64,000 nucleotides of DNA, from positions 62,001 through 126,000 of the forward strand of contig NMRA01000105.1 of NCBI GenBank assembly GCA_002633005.1, written 5' to 3'. The position numbers and the translations under genes are program-made. Within the stretch, counting starts at the first letter, position 1. Each line of letters begins with the position of its first letter. The DNA is from Phoronis australis. Taxonomy: Eukaryota > Animalia > Phoronida. Positions 62,331-64,000 of this stretch are shown piece by piece. The notes under the pieces were generated by a model. That model saw only the letters and a program-made list of their open reading frames with translations, made no database searches and was not told where the DNA came from.

Positions 62331-63358
62331 TTAAGGCAAGGCTACTCCTCATTTTCAGCTAATCTGAATATCTTTGTGTCATTTATCATATCTTTGTCCA
62401 CATAGGGACTAGAATGTTGAAATTTTACCAGTGGGTAGCTTAACGTCTACATTGGACAAAAACTAAAAAAATGTCAATTAATGATCAGTAATTACTTTGA
62501 TTAGTAGGCTAATTAGAGGAGTGTTGTAAATAACAGGGGAACGAGGTACTGTGTAGCTTGGTGAAGTTCATATTGAATAATAAGGGAAAAAGAAAGGTAA
62601 CACAGTGCACAGGTTTGTTCTGATATCAAAGCATTTGTATTCCATAGCAATAACTAAATATATCTAGATTTCATAACCATTTATTACCTCAGAAGTACAC
62701 CACGGTAAGCCACAATATCATTCGTCATGAACTGAATTTTTCATGCCGATACCACACCACAAATCATTTTATAGACATTTATATGGCTGTTTTACATTCT
62801 AAGAATAAAAAAATAACTGTATTTCACCAACAGGACTTAATATGATAGTGACTTACCAGCTAAATAATATGATAACTAATATTCAAAATGGCCACCACGG
62901 AAGGACATGTTTTGCAAGCACAATATCAACAGATTGGGAAACACAATGGCAATGAAACCTTGCAAGTATTTCTGTATAACCCAGAACCTAAAAAAACGAA
63001 ATTTAGAGACAGATTTCTCTTTTATCTTTATGTGCAAGACACGGGACCTCATAAAAAGTGAGTCACATGGGATTCAATGTAAGATAGAACAGGTTGATAT
63101 TCAGAATTAAAAGAAATGATTGGTTTACAACATGCCTCTTAATGAAGTGAACATTTCCAGAAAATTTCATACAAATTGAAAAAACGGTTTTCAAAATATG
63201 ATGTTCTAAGTGGAGAACAATCCTTGGAAAACCTCGTACTGAGAAAATTGCATTTAAAGTTAATACTGTTCAATTTTTACAATAAAGCATACAGCCATCA
63301 AGCAAGTCACACTGATGTTAAAAACAACCTTAAAATACACTTTTACACAATGTTCAGT

Positions 63359-64000
63359 TTAAAAACCACCAGCTTGATAGTCATTTCCATTGTTTCGGCA
63401 TGCACGAGCACGGCATTCACGAATAACGTTATTGCACCCTGCAACGTAAGCATGATCAACTCGTTTTCTATCCAGTTTTGCAAACCCAATAGCCTGGTGA
63501 CATGCCAAGATTTTCAAACACACTAAGCCTGGCTAGTTCTCTTTCATTATAAGCAATAGCCGCATCGTAAACTGCTAACTCCATACGTGTGCGTCCAACA
63601 AACTGGGTTTTGGGACACCGTTCCCAGATCAAATTGTGAAACGATTCGTTTGTGTTCTGCGTCCTGCCGTGAACACATTTATTAATCAGCGACCTGTCAG
63701 ACAATGCCTCGAACACAGGCCGTATCATTTCACCAACATACTGTGGCAGTGCATTTGTGTTCCCGTCTCCCCTGCCACTATGCGTGGGACACCAATCACT
63801 GCAATCCGAATGATCTCTCTGCCTATTTTTGTAAGTGGTCCATATTGCTTTTTACATAGCATCAGCATCGCCACTATTTTGCCTAATAGCTGCTCCATAG
63901 TGTCCCTGGATGCGTTTGATAGCGTTCTCACGTCCCTCATGATTTTTCTTACAATCATGACCGACTTTCCAGTCCCTGAACTCTTGGTCAGTTTTCTTTC
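63359..64000 (-). pseudogene. Kolobok transposase C-terminal part, disrupted, runs off the window edge
   Basis: IKRIQGHYGAAIRQNSGDADAM*KAIW, KCVHGRTQNTNESFHNLIWERCPK and terminal YQAGGF* are typical Kolobok motifs; an internal stop and a frameshift are present. Confidence 0.85.

Overview
AT-rich, intron-rich animal genomic DNA, probably from an invertebrate, with one short N gap at 40101-40116. Most ORFs in the supplied track are spurious. Two host genes appear to lie head-to-head around a CpG-rich promoter near 39.2-39.55 kb. On the + strand is a spliced SLC35B4-like UDP-xylose/UDP-GlcNAc transporter: 9 coding exons at 42008-54727, the first coding exon not found, and a last intron with U12-type (minor spliceosome) signals. 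On the - strand is the 5' end of a PCTAIRE kinase (CDK16/17/18-like), with its ATG exon at 15673-15860; the kinase domain is presumably left of the window. The introns hold many non-autonomous DNA transposons, several with intact TIRs and TSDs (hAT, PIF/Harbinger, MULE, Kolobok), plus minisatellites and a Penelope-type minimal hammerhead ribozyme with related motifs. Two SLC35B4 exon ends are tandemly duplicated together with their splice donors. The last 7 kb is a pile of decayed TE coding sequence (ISL2EU-like THAP/SWIM/YqaJ, BEL gag, P-element/THAP9 transposase, Kolobok transposase), mostly antisense to SLC35B4. All family assignments are from recalled motifs, not database searches.
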